A stretch of 64,000 nucleotides of DNA, taken from positions 221,527 to 285,526 of the forward strand of contig CAVPBH010000020.1 of NCBI GenBank assembly GCA_963701775.1. Direction: 5' to 3'. The stretch is from an uncultured Chloroflexia bacterium (GTDB lineage Bacteria > Chloroflexota > Anaerolineae > JAAYZQ01). Positions within the stretch are counted from its first letter, which is position 1; every line of letters begins with the position of its first letter. Shown in pieces: positions 38,056 to 47,274 of this stretch. The position numbers and the translations under genes are program-made. The notes beneath the pieces were generated by a model that was not told the DNA's origin, did no database searches, and saw only the letters and a program-made list of their open reading frames with translations.

Positions 38056-38826
38056 ATGACATCCGAGATGGCCGAACGCACTGAACTGGATCGTGGTGCC
38101 GAAATCCCGCTGTACCGGCGGATCGAAAAGGATTTGCTGACACAAATCGTCGAGGGCAGGCTCGAGCCTGGTCAGGCAATTCCGGCAGAGCGCGAGCTGT
38201 GCGACCTGTATGGCGTCAGCCGGATCACGGTGCGGCACGCCATCCGCGAGCTGGAAACCTCGGGCTACATACAGCGGCGCCAGGGAAAGGGCACGTTCGT
38301 CAGCCGCTCGCGCATCCGGCGCGAGATGGGCCGCTTGATCAGCTTCTCCGAGGAGCTCCGCCTGCAGGGGCGCGTGCCAGGCTCACGCCTTCTGAACCTC
38401 CAACACCGCCCGTCTGATGCTGCCACTTCCGCCCTACTCCGCATCCAGGAAGGTGAGCCGATGTGGATCGTGGAGCGGCTGCGCCTGGTCGACGGCGAGA
38501 TCGCCTCGCTGAGCATCTCCTATCTGCATCTTCCTCCCGAGGTCTATCTGACCCCTATGGAGCTCACGAACCAGCCTTCCCTTTGGGCCCTGCTCGAAGA
38601 GAAAGGGATCGTCATCTGTGAAGGCGACACTCTAGTACGTGCGATTGCCGCCGATGGTCACAATGCCCGCCTGTTGGGGGTGGCGGAAGGAGACCCGCTC
38701 TTGCTGCGCGAGGGTGTCAACTACGCCATGGGGGAAGCCCTGCAGGCGGTGGAGGCCTTTCAGACCATTAGCCGTGCCGATAGATACCACTACTCTCTGC
38801 ACCTCATCCGGCAAGGGTGCCCATAG
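38056..38826 (+). CDS. GntR family transcriptional regulator, HutC subfamily (UTRA effector domain)
   Basis: N-terminal wHTH (IPLYRRIEKDLLTQIVEGRLEPGQAIPAERELCDLYGVSRITVRHAIRELETSGYIQRRQGKGTFV). UTRA-like C-terminal domain. ATG at 38056. Confidence 0.85.
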   Translation: MTSEMAERTELDRGAEIPLYRRIEKDLLTQIVEGRLEPGQAIPAERELCDLYGVSRITVRHAIRELETSGYIQRRQGKGTFVSRSRIRREMGRLISFSEELRLQGRVPGSRLLNLQHRPSDAATSALLRIQEGEPMWIVERLRLVDGEIASLSISYLHLPPEVYLTPMELTNQPSLWALLEEKGIVICEGDTLVRAIAADGHNARLLGVAEGDPLLLREGVNYAMGEALQAVEAFQTISRADRYHYSLHLIRQGCP

Positions 38827-38971
38827 GGGAGCAAGGTGCCACGTAGGGCAAGCCTCGAAGCTTGCCTCGAATGCACAGCAGAAAGGAGGGAGAAGAGAAG
38901 GATAAGAACTGCCTGATGTGGGATGTCGAAGGGTAGGTCAAATGCTAGGAATCCAACGAGGAGGAAAGACA

Positions 38972-40366
38972 ATGTTGGTCAAGCGAGTTGTGTTTGCGAT
39001 TCTGTGTGTGGTAATGCTGGCGGCGTGCGGCGCCCAGCCCACCGCCGAGACTGTGATCCAGACAGTGAAAGAGACCGTCGAAGTGCCGGTGGAGCAGACG
39101 GTCGTGGTGCCGGTGGAGCAGACGGTCGTGGTGCCGGTAGAGCAGACGGTGATCGTGCCGGAAAACAAGCTTCAACTCTCCTTCGCCGGTCACGAGTACT
39201 TCAACTTGTCCTTCGGCCCGGCCGATCCGCCCCTGGTGACCATGCGGAAGGTAGCCGAGGCAAATTTCCCCGGCACCGAAATCCAGCTCATCATGCAGCC
39301 ACTGGATGGCAACAAGTATCACGACAACCTCGCCACTTACTTTGTGGCCAAAGACGCAACGGTGGACCTGATGTACGCCGCCGGCTACTGGATGACCGAG
39401 TTTGGCGCGGCCGGGTGGCTCGTGCCGCTCCAGGACAAGCTGGACCCCGCAGTGCTGGCCAAGTACGACCAGGCGTCACTCGACACCTTCAGCTACAAGG
39501 GTGACCTGCTGGGCATCGGCCCCGTGTGGGGCGGCATCGGTGGCCTCTACTACCGCAAGGACCTGCTCGATGCAGCCGGCCTGGCAGCACCGGCGACCTA
39601 CGATGACCTCATCGCCGCCTGCGATACGATTCTCCCCAACAACCCGGGCATGGGCTGCTGGGATTGGCCGGCCATGCGCAACCTCGTGCTGGTCAACCGC
39701 TGGTCGGAGTACCTGTACGGCTTTGGCGGCCAGTACAAGAACGAGTCTGACAAGTGTGCTATGAATTCGGCGGAAGGCGTGGCCGCCCTGGAGTTCATGA
39801 TTGGCCTGTTCGAGAACGGCTACACACCTCAAGAGGCGCTGTCGTGGAAAGAGGAAGACTCCAGCATCCGCTTCATCAGCGGCCAGACCCTCTTTGTTTC
39901 TGCGCGCCAGGACCTGCTGAACTACATCGACGACCCGACCAAGTCGCAGGTCGCCGGCAAGTGGGGCTTTATCCCCAACCCTGCCCAGCCGGGTGGCCGG
40001 CCCTCCGGCTTCACCGAGTTCTGGGCCTTTGCGATCTCTGCATCCTCGGACAACATCGACGAGGCGGTCAAAGTGCTGAACGTCTGGGCAGATACGGCGA
40101 CCATGGTGCCCTTCAACCTGGCCTGGGGCCCAATCCAGGGCAATGCCGAGGTCTACCAGGACGCCACAGTGCTCGCGGGCAACAAGTTCTTGCCCCTCGT
40201 CCAGGAGATCGCCAAGACGGCATTGGCGCCGCTGCCCAGCGCCAACTACGGCGAAGTAGTAGATGTCCTGCAGGCTGAGCTCCACTCGGCACTGTCGGGG
40301 AGCAAGACGGCGCAGCAGGCGCTGGACGATGCCTGTGCAGCCATCGATGTGATCGACGCGGAGTAG
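38972..40366 (+). CDS. ABC transporter substrate-binding lipoprotein (CUT1 family) with repetitive linker
   Basis: GAGGAGGA Shine-Dalgarno; signal peptide with lipobox (VVMLAACGAQP); family-1 solute-binding fold; intact. Confidence 0.85.
   Translation: MLVKRVVFAILCVVMLAACGAQPTAETVIQTVKETVEVPVEQTVVVPVEQTVVVPVEQTVIVPENKLQLSFAGHEYFNLSFGPADPPLVTMRKVAEANFPGTEIQLIMQPLDGNKYHDNLATYFVAKDATVDLMYAAGYWMTEFGAAGWLVPLQDKLDPAVLAKYDQASLDTFSYKGDLLGIGPVWGGIGGLYYRKDLLDAAGLAAPATYDDLIAACDTILPNNPGMGCWDWPAMRNLVLVNRWSEYLYGFGGQYKNESDKCAMNSAEGVAALEFMIGLFENGYTPQEALSWKEEDSSIRFISGQTLFVSARQDLLNYIDDPTKSQVAGKWGFIPNPAQPGGRPSGFTEFWAFAISASSDNIDEAVKVLNVWADTATMVPFNLAWGPIQGNAEVYQDATVLAGNKFLPLVQEIAKTALAPLPSANYGEVVDVLQAELHSALSGSKTAQQALDDACAAIDVIDAE
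39083..39154 (+). repeat. 3 x 24-bp tandem repeat encoding VPVEQTV(V/I) in the SBP linker
   Basis: gtgccggtggagcagacggtcgtg repeated three times with minor changes, in frame within the SBP gene. Confidence 0.7.
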
Positions 40367-40463
40367 CCGCGCATCACCCGTCGGCCTTTGAGTGAGCATC
40401 CGCGTCCCCGGGCTTGATCCGGGGACGCGGACCTTGCCCAAGGGAGGGCTCGAAGTGCCGGTC

Positions 40464-41402
40464 ATGGAGAACAGAATGGCGCAAGGCGCAGTGCATAGAG
40501 CCAGGCGGCCCAGGAGGCTCAGCGAGCCGACCATGGCTCTCATCTTCCTGTTGCCTGCTTTCATCGCAGTCGCGATCTTCCTGTACTATCCCCTGGTCCA
40601 GACCTTCATCTACAGCTTTTTCAAGATGCAGCGCACCATGGACTGGCTGCATGCCCCCTTCGTGGGCCTCAAGAACTATATCACGGTACTGACAAGCGAG
40701 GCATTCCGCGGGGCCTTTCTGTTCACGCTCTACTTCACCGTCGTGTCTGTGGCGCTGGAGATTGGCTTGGGGCTGGGCATGGCGATGGCCACGTTTTCGG
40801 TGTCCTCCCGGCTGCGGGGTGTCCTGCGCGCGGTGCTGGTGGTGCCGTGGGCCATCCCGCCCGTGGTGTCTGCCATGGTCTGGAAGTGGCTATACCACCC
40901 AGACGCCGGGTTGTTCGGCTACCTGGTACACGCCTCCGGCCTGACCGACAGCGCACCGCAATTCCTGACCGACCCGATCTTGGCCGTCCACTCTATTATC
41001 CTGGCCGACGTTTGGAAGAACTCGTCGATCATGGGCATCTTGATGCTGGGTGGGCTGGCGGCGATCTCCAAGGACGTCTACGACGCCGCAAAGGTTGACG
41101 GCGCGCGCGGATGGTTCCGTTTCCGGCGTGTGACGCTGCCTCTCCTCTTGCCCACCGTCCTGGTGTGCCTCCTCTTCCGTTCGTTGGAGGCGTTCCGCAT
41201 GTTCGAGCTGTCGTTTGCGTTGACGGGTGGTGGGCCGGGGACCACAACCGACACTCTGAGTACCTTCGCCTACAAGTACTTTTTCACCTATTCCAAGTTC
41301 GGACTGGGTTCTTCGTATGCCATGGTGATCTTTGCGATTGTCCTCGTGCTGGCCATCGCCTACGTGAGCCGCATCCGCAAGAACCTGAGGTTCAAAGGAT
41401 GA
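40464..41402 (+). CDS. ABC transporter permease (MalF-like, CUT1 family)
   Basis: Permease signature with six TM segments (…DVYDAAKVDGARGWFRFRRVTLPLLLPT…). Start ambiguous (ATG at 40464 or later at MALIF). Confidence 0.8.
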   Translation: MENRMAQGAVHRARRPRRLSEPTMALIFLLPAFIAVAIFLYYPLVQTFIYSFFKMQRTMDWLHAPFVGLKNYITVLTSEAFRGAFLFTLYFTVVSVALEIGLGLGMAMATFSVSSRLRGVLRAVLVVPWAIPPVVSAMVWKWLYHPDAGLFGYLVHASGLTDSAPQFLTDPILAVHSIILADVWKNSSIMGILMLGGLAAISKDVYDAAKVDGARGWFRFRRVTLPLLLPTVLVCLLFRSLEAFRMFELSFALTGGGPGTTTDTLSTFAYKYFFTYSKFGLGSSYAMVIFAIVLVLAIAYVSRIRKNLRFKG

Positions 41403-42331
41403 AAAGCAAGCACCGATACAGGTACCGGCGCCGCGCGAACCAGGTGCTGGACGTGCTGATCACGCTGCTCATTGCGGGCTTTTGCCTGGGTCCGCTCTAT
41501 TGGATTCTCGCCACCTCGTTCAAGCCGATGGGCACCGAGTACCTGATCCCACCCGAAGGGTGGCCGTCGAAGCCAACACTCGAAGCGTATCGGATTATCC
41601 TGGGAATCCCGTCCAAGGCCTCGCAGGAGGGGGTCAGTGGTGAGGGGGTGTTCGGGTCGGCCACGGAGGTGCCGCAGGCACCCTCACTGCACTTCCTTCT
41701 CCCGATTCGGAACAGCCTGATCGTCTCGTCGACGGTGGCGGTATGCAGCCTGTTCATCTGTTCGCTGGCGGCCTACACCATCGCCCGGCTGCGCTTCCGC
41801 TGGAAGATCCAGTCGCTACTCCTGCTGCAGGTGGCCGGGCTCCTGCCGGCGGTGATGGTCATAGCGCCTACCTTTGTGCTGATGCAAAAGCTCGACCTGC
41901 TGCGCACCCTGCCGGCCATCATCCTGCCCAACATTGCCTACAACGTCCCGCTCGGCACGTGGCTCCTGGCCGCCTATTTCTCGGAACTACCATGGGAGCT
42001 GGAGGATGCAGCCAAAGTGGACGGCTACAAGCCCTTCCAGATCTTCCGCAAGGTTATCTTGCCACTTGCAGCACCCGGCCTCTTTTCCGCCGGCGTGTTT
42101 GCGTTCCTGGGTTCTTGGGGCGAGTTCATCCTCTCCAGCGTGGTTACGATGGGCGTGAGTAGCGTCCAGACCGTCCCGGTCGCCATCTTGAACCTATCGT
42201 TCGAGTTCCGCTATCAGTGGACCTGGGTCTCGGCCGCCATCATTCTCTCGGTAGGCCTGATGGTGGCCATTGCCCTCTTCTTCCAGCGATGGGTCATCCA
42301 GGGCCTGACCGCAGGCTCTGTCAAATACTAG
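41399..42331 (+). CDS. ABC transporter permease (MalG-like, CUT1 family)
   Basis: ATG at 41399 overlaps the upstream stop (ATGA); …[28 protein letters not shown]…; intact. Confidence 0.85.
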   Translation: MKSKHRYRYRRRANQVLDVLITLLIAGFCLGPLYWILATSFKPMGTEYLIPPEGWPSKPTLEAYRIILGIPSKASQEGVSGEGVFGSATEVPQAPSLHFLLPIRNSLIVSSTVAVCSLFICSLAAYTIARLRFRWKIQSLLLLQVAGLLPAVMVIAPTFVLMQKLDLLRTLPAIILPNIAYNVPLGTWLLAAYFSELPWELEDAAKVDGYKPFQIFRKVILPLAAPGLFSAGVFAFLGSWGEFILSSVVTMGVSSVQTVPVAILNLSFEFRYQWTWVSAAIILSVGLMVAIALFFQRWVIQGLTAGSVKY

Positions 42332-42344
42332 GGAGGAAATCCGC

Positions 42345-43448
42345 GTGGCCGAAGTACGAGTAGAGAGCCTGTGCAAAGCCTTTGGCGAAGTGGGGGCCTT
42401 GCACGATGTGAGCTGCGCTTTCGAGGACAGGAGGCTGACGGTGCTGGTAGGCCCGTCCGGCTGTGGCAAATCCACTCTTCTGCGCACCGTGGCCGGGCTG
42501 CAAGATCCGACCAGCGGAACCGTCTACATCGGGGACGAGGACGTAAGCGGGGCTCCCCCCTGGGATCGAAACGTGGCAATGGTCTTCCAGAGCTATGCGC
42601 TCTACCCACACATGACCGTGTTCAAGAACATCGCCTTCCCCCTCGAAGCCGCCAAGATCCACAAGGACGAGATCCGGCGGCGGGTGACAGAGACCGCCAA
42701 GATCCTGCAGATCGAAGAACTGTTGAAGCGCAAGCCGCGGGAGCTGTCGGGAGGCCAGATGCAGCGCGTCGCGTTGGGGCGTGCCATCGTACGCCAACCC
42801 GATGTCTTCCTGATGGACGAGCCCCTGTCGAACCTCGATGCCAAGCTTCGCGTCCTGATGCGCGCCGAGCTCAAGCACCTGCAGCGGCAGCTCCAGGTGA
42901 CCACGATCTATGTAACGCATGACCAGGCCGAGGCCATGACGCTGGCCGACAAGCTGATCGTTATGAATGCAGGCCGCATCCAGCAGATGGGCAAGCCCGA
43001 GGACATTTACCGCCGGCCGGCCAACAAATTCGTAGCTGGCTTCATTGGCAGCCCTCCCATGAACTTTGTGGGATGCCGGTACGATCCCGAGCTCGAAACG
43101 TTGAGCGGCGCCGCGTTCGACATCCCGGTGCCGGCCCGGTGGCGCGGCGTGCTGCGGGGTGGTCCTGCACGGTCGCTCATCCTCGGGATCCGCCCCGAGG
43201 ACCTGGTGGTGGAGACGAGCCCTGTCCCCGGTGCAGTGAGGGCGACCGTCTACGTCATAGAGCAGATGGGCCGGGAGATCCTTCTCACGGCCATGCTGGG
43301 GACAGACGCCGTCCGGGTCTTCACCTCGGCCGACGCCACCCTGGACGCCGAACAGGAGGTGTGGTTGTCGATGCGCGAAGGGGCCACGCACCTGTTCGAC
43401 GGGCAGACGGAGGAATCGCTAGACTCGAGCGAAGCGCCCAAGGCCTGA
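42345..43448 (+). CDS. ABC transporter ATP-binding protein (MalK/UgpC-like)
   Basis: Walker [10 protein letters not shown], signature [14 protein letters not shown], Walker [13 protein letters not shown]; C-terminal TOBE-like domain; intact. Confidence 0.9.
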   Translation: MAEVRVESLCKAFGEVGALHDVSCAFEDRRLTVLVGPSGCGKSTLLRTVAGLQDPTSGTVYIGDEDVSGAPPWDRNVAMVFQSYALYPHMTVFKNIAFPLEAAKIHKDEIRRRVTETAKILQIEELLKRKPRELSGGQMQRVALGRAIVRQPDVFLMDEPLSNLDAKLRVLMRAELKHLQRQLQVTTIYVTHDQAEAMTLADKLIVMNAGRIQQMGKPEDIYRRPANKFVAGFIGSPPMNFVGCRYDPELETLSGAAFDIPVPARWRGVLRGGPARSLILGIRPEDLVVETSPVPGAVRATVYVIEQMGREILLTAMLGTDAVRVFTSADATLDAEQEVWLSMREGATHLFDGQTEESLDSSEAPKA

Positions 43449-43477
43449 GGCACGCGACCCTTGGCTACGGTTTGCAC

Positions 43478-43500
43478 AGCCCGCGGCAGAGTCGCGGGCT
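43478..43500 (+). terminator. GC-rich hairpin after the ABC ATPase gene (weak terminator candidate, no T-tract)
   Basis: AGCCCGCGgcagagtCGCGGGCT, 8-bp perfect stem. Confidence 0.25.
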
Positions 43501-43506
43501 CTTGCT

Positions 43507-44955
43507 ATGACAAGGAAATGCCGAGAAGAAGAGAGCGTGGAAGCCAGGATCGCATGCCCTGAAGTGGACCTCGTCGTAGAACACGGTGCCGTCGTGGTCA
43601 TGGACGATGCCAGGACCATCCTCTGGGACGGCAGCCTGGCCATCGACCAGGGCCGCATCGTGGACGTCGGCCCCGCGAGCGATCTTTCCGGGCGCTACGT
43701 GGCCCACAGGAAGATCGACGCCCGACACAAGGCCGTCCTGCCCGGCCTGATCGACACCCATCACCACTTTCTACAGAACCTGGCCAAAGGCTCCCGAGAC
43801 GACCTGGCATTCCCGGATGAGTGGATTTCGCAAGTCTCGTCGCCGCTGATCGGCATGGCGGTGTGCGACTACCTGGCATGCGACTCGGAGCTCCAGCGTC
43901 ATGCGACGCGCATTGGCTGCGCCGAAGCGCTCCTTTCCGGGATCACGTGCATCGTCAATATGGAGTGGGCCACACCACCGGATGTCGTTGATATGTACGA
44001 GGAGGCGGGCATCCGCGCCGTGCACGTCCTCACCCTGACCGACGTCGACGAGTGGGGGAGCCCTGGGATGCTGCTGGGGGTGGACGCGACACTCGATCTG
44101 GCCGAGCGGCTCATCGAGCGCTGTGCACGCTCGGCCTCGGGCAGGGTGACCTTCCGGTACGGCCCAGCCTGCGAGAACTCGGTCAGCACCGGGCTACTGC
44201 GCCAGGTGCGCCGGCTGGCCGGCGAGCACAACTTGGGCATCCACATGCACATCGCCGAAAGCCGCTACGGCTGGGACAACATCCGGCGGAGACACAGCAG
44301 GACCCCTGTGCAGTACCTGGCCGAGCTGGGCATGCTGGGGCCAGACATGCTCGGCGCACATTGCATCTGGCTGGACGATGACGACATCCGCATACTGCGC
44401 GAGACCGGCACCTCGGTCTCGTACAACCCCGAATGCAATATGAAGATCGCGCTCGGCACAGCGCGCGTAGTAGACATGCTTGCGGCAGGCGTGGCCGTGT
44501 CGCTCGGCACCGACACATGTGCGGTCAATGACAACATGGACCTGTTCGAGGCCATGCGAGTAGGGGCGTTCCTGCAGAAACACGCTGCCATGGACCCGGC
44601 AGTCGTACCTGCCTGGGAGGCGCTGCGCATGGCGACGGCGGGCGGTGCACGGGCGCTCGGCCTTGGCGACGAAATCGGCACGCTGGAAGCCGGCAAGAAA
44701 GCCGATCTCATCCTGGTGGACCTGGAGGGAGTGCACTTGCGGCCGATCAATCACTTGGCCAACACCCTGGTGTACGCGGCCGGCGCCCGGGATGTTGAGA
44801 CGGTCATCGTCGACGGGCAAATCGTGGTGGAAGGCCGGGAGCTGCGTGCCTTCGACGCCGGGGCAGCGATGGCACAGGCAGAGCAATACGCCGCGCGGCG
44901 CTTTGAAGCAACCGGCTTGTACGTATCGCCCTACTACACCGGCTCCCGCTGCTGA
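43507..44955 (+). CDS. ATZ/TRZ-family amidohydrolase, paralog of 26548-27999
   Basis: Intact 482 aa; LPGLIDTHHHFLQNLAKG, HMHIAESRYG, YNPECNMKIALG, SLGTDTCAVNDNMDLFEAMR. Confidence 0.8.
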   Translation: MTRKCREEESVEARIACPEVDLVVEHGAVVVMDDARTILWDGSLAIDQGRIVDVGPASDLSGRYVAHRKIDARHKAVLPGLIDTHHHFLQNLAKGSRDDLAFPDEWISQVSSPLIGMAVCDYLACDSELQRHATRIGCAEALLSGITCIVNMEWATPPDVVDMYEEAGIRAVHVLTLTDVDEWGSPGMLLGVDATLDLAERLIERCARSASGRVTFRYGPACENSVSTGLLRQVRRLAGEHNLGIHMHIAESRYGWDNIRRRHSRTPVQYLAELGMLGPDMLGAHCIWLDDDDIRILRETGTSVSYNPECNMKIALGTARVVDMLAAGVAVSLGTDTCAVNDNMDLFEAMRVGAFLQKHAAMDPAVVPAWEALRMATAGGARALGLGDEIGTLEAGKKADLILVDLEGVHLRPINHLANTLVYAAGARDVETVIVDGQIVVEGRELRAFDAGAAMAQAEQYAARRFEATGLYVSPYYTGSRC

Positions 44956-44963
44956 CAAGTGCG

Positions 44964-44993
44964 CCCCGGCAGGCGGAGACTGGTCTGCCGGGG
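44964..44993 (+). terminator. hairpin (9-bp stem) downstream of amidohydrolase gene
   Basis: CCCCGGCAGgcggagactggtCTGCCGGGG followed by cgtctccgctttgc. Confidence 0.35.
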
Positions 44994-45199
44994 CGTCTCC
45001 GCTTTGCTTGCCCCGGCTGCCGCTCCTGCAGCCCCCTCCGCAAGCTACACACCTCGTGCATCTGCCCTCCATAACATCTCCACACTCTTCTGATAAGATG
45101 ACCATGGCTCAACAAGCGTGGGCCATCGAGAACCGGTACAACGGGACCTGCGGCGCGACCGAGTGAGCCGCGCCGTATAGGATTTGCAGGAGGAACGAT

Positions 45200-46405
45200 T
45201 TGAACAAGTCAATCGAGATTCGAGGCACATGGCTTCTGGCGCTCGCGATTCTGGTATCGGTCGGGATTGGGCTGAGCCTGCCGGCCTTCCATGCGTCGGC
45301 CGCGGCGGAACCGGCCGCCCAGGCCACGGCCGCGCCGGAGCAGGTTGCCCGCCCGGCGGTCTCCACCGTCTTGGACGAGGCGTCGGCCGCCAACGCAATG
45401 GAGTCACAAGTGGAGGCCGTCTACGAGGCCACCAGCCCCTCCGTCGTCAACATCACCAACCGAACCTACATTTACTACCGCTTCATGGGCGCCGCGCAGG
45501 AGCAGGAGGGAACCGGCTCGGGCTTTGTGTACGATACGGAGGGCCACATCCTCACCAACTACCACGTCATCGAGGACGCGGATGAGATCCTGGTCACCCT
45601 GTCCGACGGACAGGTCTTCCCAGCCAAGGTCGTGGGCTCGGACCCCACCAATGACCTGGCGGTCCTCCACATAGACGCCGGCGATGCATTGCCCCCACCC
45701 TTGGTGTTGGGCGACTCTGAAGACCTAAAGGTCGGGCAGACCGTGCTCGCCATCGGCAACCCGTTTGGCCTGCAGCAGACCCTGACGACCGGCGTGGTCA
45801 GCGCGCTGGGCCGCGTGATCGAGAGCCCAGAAGACAATCAGTTCATCGGCGAGGCCATCCAGACCGACGCGGCCATCAACCCCGGCAACTCGGGCGGGCC
45901 AATGCTCGATCTCCAGGGCAGGGTCATCGGCATCAACTCACAGATCCTGAGCACCAGCGGCTCCTCGGCCGGCATCGGCTTTGCCGTGTCGTCCAACACC
46001 GCACTGCGTGTCGTTCCAATGCTGATCGAGCAGGGGTACTACCCTCACGCCTGGCTTGGCGCGGACATGGTCGCCCTCACTTCGGCTACCGTCCAGGTCT
46101 TGCAGCAGGCCGGCGTGGACCTTCCCACCGAATCGGGCTTGCTGGTGCTGTCTACGACGTCCGGCGGCCCCGCGGATGATGCGGGCATCCGGGCCGGCAG
46201 CCGTTGGATCCGGTATGGTCCGTACCAGATCCCCGTGGGCGGCGACGTGATCACCGCCATCGACGGCATCACCCTGACGGACCTCGAAACCCTGACGGTT
46301 TACCTCGAGTCCGAAAAGACGATCGGCGACACCGTCACCCTAACCATTCGCAGGGACGCCGACGAGCTCGCGCTGCCCGTGACATTGGGGGAGCAGCCCC
46401 GCTGA
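45200..46405 (+). CDS. HtrA/DegP-family trypsin-like serine protease with PDZ domain
   Basis: AGGAGG followed by a TTG start; signal/TM (LLALAILVSVGIGLSLPAF); catalytic triad context (HVIEDADEILV, DLAVLHID, GNSGGPMLD); C-terminal PDZ. Confidence 0.85.
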   Translation: MNKSIEIRGTWLLALAILVSVGIGLSLPAFHASAAAEPAAQATAAPEQVARPAVSTVLDEASAANAMESQVEAVYEATSPSVVNITNRTYIYYRFMGAAQEQEGTGSGFVYDTEGHILTNYHVIEDADEILVTLSDGQVFPAKVVGSDPTNDLAVLHIDAGDALPPPLVLGDSEDLKVGQTVLAIGNPFGLQQTLTTGVVSALGRVIESPEDNQFIGEAIQTDAAINPGNSGGPMLDLQGRVIGINSQILSTSGSSAGIGFAVSSNTALRVVPMLIEQGYYPHAWLGADMVALTSATVQVLQQAGVDLPTESGLLVLSTTSGGPADDAGIRAGSRWIRYGPYQIPVGGDVITAIDGITLTDLETLTVYLESEKTIGDTVTLTIRRDADELALPVTLGEQPR

Positions 46406-46548
46406 CGCAGCCTGCGACGCTTGGGCAATCATGAAGCCAGGCCATTCCACTATCAGGATTGCCTTCCATGCACGTGCCTCGAGTATGGTATACTCAGGCA
46501 GGCGAACATGATGCTTTGGACCAAAGCGGTGCTCGGAGTGAAACAGTG

Positions 46549-47274
46549 ATGCCCAACCGGATCCTTGTCGTGGATGATGACCGTGAGATCGCCCGCCTTG
46601 TGCGCGCCTATCTCGAACAGAGCGGCTACCAGGTACTCGTCGCTTACGACGGCGAGACTGCATTGCGCATGATCCGCCATGATCGCCCTGACCTGGTGGT
46701 GCTGGACCTGATGCTGCCCGACCGCGACGGAAAGGACGTGACGCGGGTGGTCCGCAGCGATTCGGCCCTGGCGGCCCTGCCCATCATCATGCTCACGGCC
46801 CGCGTGGAAGACTATGACAAAATCGTCGGCCTGGAGATTGGCGCCGACGACTATGTGACCAAGCCGTTCAATCCCCACGAGCTTGTGGCCCGCATCCGGG
46901 CGGTCCTGCGCCGCGCACAGGCAGAGCCGACGCGGCCCCATGTGCACCAGGTGGGCGATCTCCTGGTCGACGTGGACGCTCACGAAGTCCGTGTGGGGGA
47001 CCTGGTCGTCCATCTCACGCCGACTGAGTTCAGCCTGCTGCTGGTGCTCGTCCAAAACGCGGGGCGCGCCCTCACCCGCCTCGAGCTGGTGGAAAAGGGC
47101 CTCGGCTACAGCTACGAGGGGCTTGACCGGACGGTAGACAGCCACATCAAGAACCTACGCCGCAAGCTGGCTGAGGCAGGATCGCCGGCGGACCTGGTCG
47201 AGACGGTGTTCGGCGTCGGCTACCGGCTGGTTACGACGGACTCGTCTCGCTCACCGCAGGGGGCAGGCGCATGA
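46549..47274 (+). CDS. OmpR-family two-component response regulator
   Basis: Receiver (ILVVDDDREIARLV…LDLMLPDRDG) plus winged-helix (…LTPTEFSLLLVLVQNAGRALTRLELV…VGYRL). Confidence 0.85.
   Translation: MPNRILVVDDDREIARLVRAYLEQSGYQVLVAYDGETALRMIRHDRPDLVVLDLMLPDRDGKDVTRVVRSDSALAALPIIMLTARVEDYDKIVGLEIGADDYVTKPFNPHELVARIRAVLRRAQAEPTRPHVHQVGDLLVDVDAHEVRVGDLVVHLTPTEFSLLLVLVQNAGRALTRLELVEKGLGYSYEGLDRTVDSHIKNLRRKLAEAGSPADLVETVFGVGYRLVTTDSSRSPQGAGA

Noticed and set aside
39083-39154. short direct repeats considered as possible CRISPR
   Set aside because: Only three 24-bp units, in frame inside a coding sequence, with no spacers; a coding tandem repeat.
43478-43500. strong intrinsic terminator after the ABC ATPase gene
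   Set aside because: Hairpin is present but not followed by a T-tract; kept only as a low-confidence feature.
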